A stretch of DNA of 32,000 nucleotides from Candidatus Saccharimonadota bacterium (lineage in GTDB: Bacteria > Patescibacteriota > Gracilibacteria > BD1-5 > UBA2023). Position 1 is the stretch's first letter, and every line of letters begins with the position of its first letter. A program made the translations under genes and the position numbers. This document shows positions 31,442 through 32,000 of the stretch, piece by piece. The stretch spans positions 718,308-750,307 of the forward strand of contig BAAFHK010000001.1 in the NCBI GenBank assembly GCA_042852035.1, read 5' to 3'. The notes below the pieces were generated by a model. That model made no database searches. It was given only the letters and a program-made list of their open reading frames with translations, and was not told where the DNA came from.

Positions 31442-31854
31442 ACGAGGAAATATTTATGTATCGCATACATAACACATGCCACCATACCACAGAGAAATGT
31501 TCCCCAAAAAATATCGACCACCGTAAAAAGAAAAGAATATCCCCGAATAAAAGTGAGGTTCGTAAGATCATACATAGCATATGAGAGAAATCCCATAATA
31601 GAACCATAAATAACTGCACTCATATAGGACGTTGCATAACCTGATCGAATCACAAAAACATAAACAAGAAGAACTATAACAAACCAAGCAGTAAGTCAAG
31701 CAAGAAGATTAATCTTAATTGAGCCAGCTTCTACAACAACAAGATTCCCAAATTCTCGAATAATAAATCCCTTTGTCACATATCAAAGCCAAACAAAATC
31801 ACCAATAATAATTGTAATATAGCCGATAATGATAGTAAGGATAGTTTGAATCAT
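31435..31854 (-). CDS. DUF2177-like small membrane protein (139 aa)
   Basis: ATG 31852-31854 to TAA 31435-31437; the penultimate codon is TGA. Motif: YAMYDLTNLTFIRGYSFLFTVVDIFWGTFLCG. It overlaps the DUF1295 start by 7 nt. Confidence 0.65.
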
Positions 31855-31876
31855 AATAATTATATAAGTAAGAAAT

Positions 31877-32000
31877 CTAAAACCCGCTTTGTAACTCTAA
31901 CATCTTATGGTAAATGCCTCATTTAGCAATGAGTTCTTCGTGGGTTCAACGTTCATGGATGGTTCATCATTCTATCACAATGATGTCATCAGCCTTCTTT
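31877..32000 (-). CDS. C-terminal end of an ABC transporter ATPase; the gene continues beyond the window
   Basis: The minus frame reads KKADDIIVIE-G-G-TIHER-G-THEELIAK-G-GIYHKMLELQSGF and ends at TAG 31877-31879. This is a typical MsbA-type C-terminus. Confidence 0.7.

Noticed and set aside
5970-31619. Many other track ORFs lying antisense or out of frame inside confirmed genes. Examples: 5970-6269, 6016-6321, 6041-6355, 11574-11894, 12302-12595, 13631-13966, 14063-14323, 14405-14713, 16323-16634, 16677-16892, 19285-19688, 20362-20616, 21745-21960, 22071-22322, 25173-25562, 28214-28459, 28321-28578, 28882-29127, 30068-30346, 31056-31349, 31380-31619.
   Set aside because: Each overlaps a longer gene with recognisable family motifs in another frame or on the other strand. 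AT-rich DNA with only two stop codons readily produces such shadow ORFs.
1-32000. A decaying genome full of pseudogenes, since every conserved gene carries multiple in-frame stops in the supplied track.
   Set aside because: The interruptions are only ever TGA, never TAA or TAG. There are no frameshifts within genes. The TGAs fall on positions I recognise as conserved glycines. Genes are full length and tightly packed once TGA is read as a sense codon.
1-32000. TGA encoding Trp (table 4, Mycoplasma-like) or selenocysteine.
   Set aside because: The aligned positions are glycine motifs: GDWG in ArgRS, GGGTGGH in Mur[10 protein letters not shown] in CysRS, VVGGGN and GGTGNP in PyrH, QGGDPTGTG in cyclophilin. 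TGG is still used for the conserved Trp residues in the same motifs. TGA is far too frequent for Sec, and I did not see SECIS-like context.
1-32000. CRISPR arrays, tRNA or rRNA genes, IS elements or other large DNA repeats.
   Set aside because: I found no regularly spaced direct repeats, no tRNA-like T-arm motifs other than the tmRNA, and no transposase-like ORFs. The only DNA-level repetition seen is the short PDWLK-coding motif and diverged PKD modules.

Overview
This AT-rich bacterial window only makes sense if TGA is read as glycine (NCBI table 25, used by Gracilibacteria/BD1-5 and Absconditabacteria/SR1 in the Candidate Phyla Radiation). The supplied ORF track treats TGA as a stop and so breaks almost every gene into pieces. 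I re-read both strands by hand with only TAA and TAG as stops. That gives 33 CDS (2 cut by the window edges) and one tmRNA, packed tightly with many 4-35 nt gene overlaps. By my count the stop codons are 21 TAA, 12 TAG and no TGA. Housekeeping genes: pyrH, cysS, argS, murG, dprA, class I CPD photolyase, cyclophilin PPIase, ybaB, an MsbA-like ABC exporter and two Nudix hydrolases. Envelope and surface genes: three large PKD/Ig-like proteins (one with SLH-like domains, one with a repeated PDWLK tail), a lipoprotein plus DKNYY-repeat protein pair, and several small membrane proteins. A minus-strand run encodes DUF2177, DUF1295, an ApaH-like phosphoesterase, a CYTH protein, an EEP phosphodiesterase and a TspO-like protein. 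I saw no rRNA, tRNA, CRISPR array, transposase or integrase. The code reassignment is already known for these lineages, so the main result is recognising it. Candidate novelties are secondary: the PDWLK motif tail, leaderless-type promoters, murG coupled to an ABC exporter, an odd tmRNA T-loop, and an orphan gene. All family names come from motifs I recognised by eye, not from HMM or database searches.
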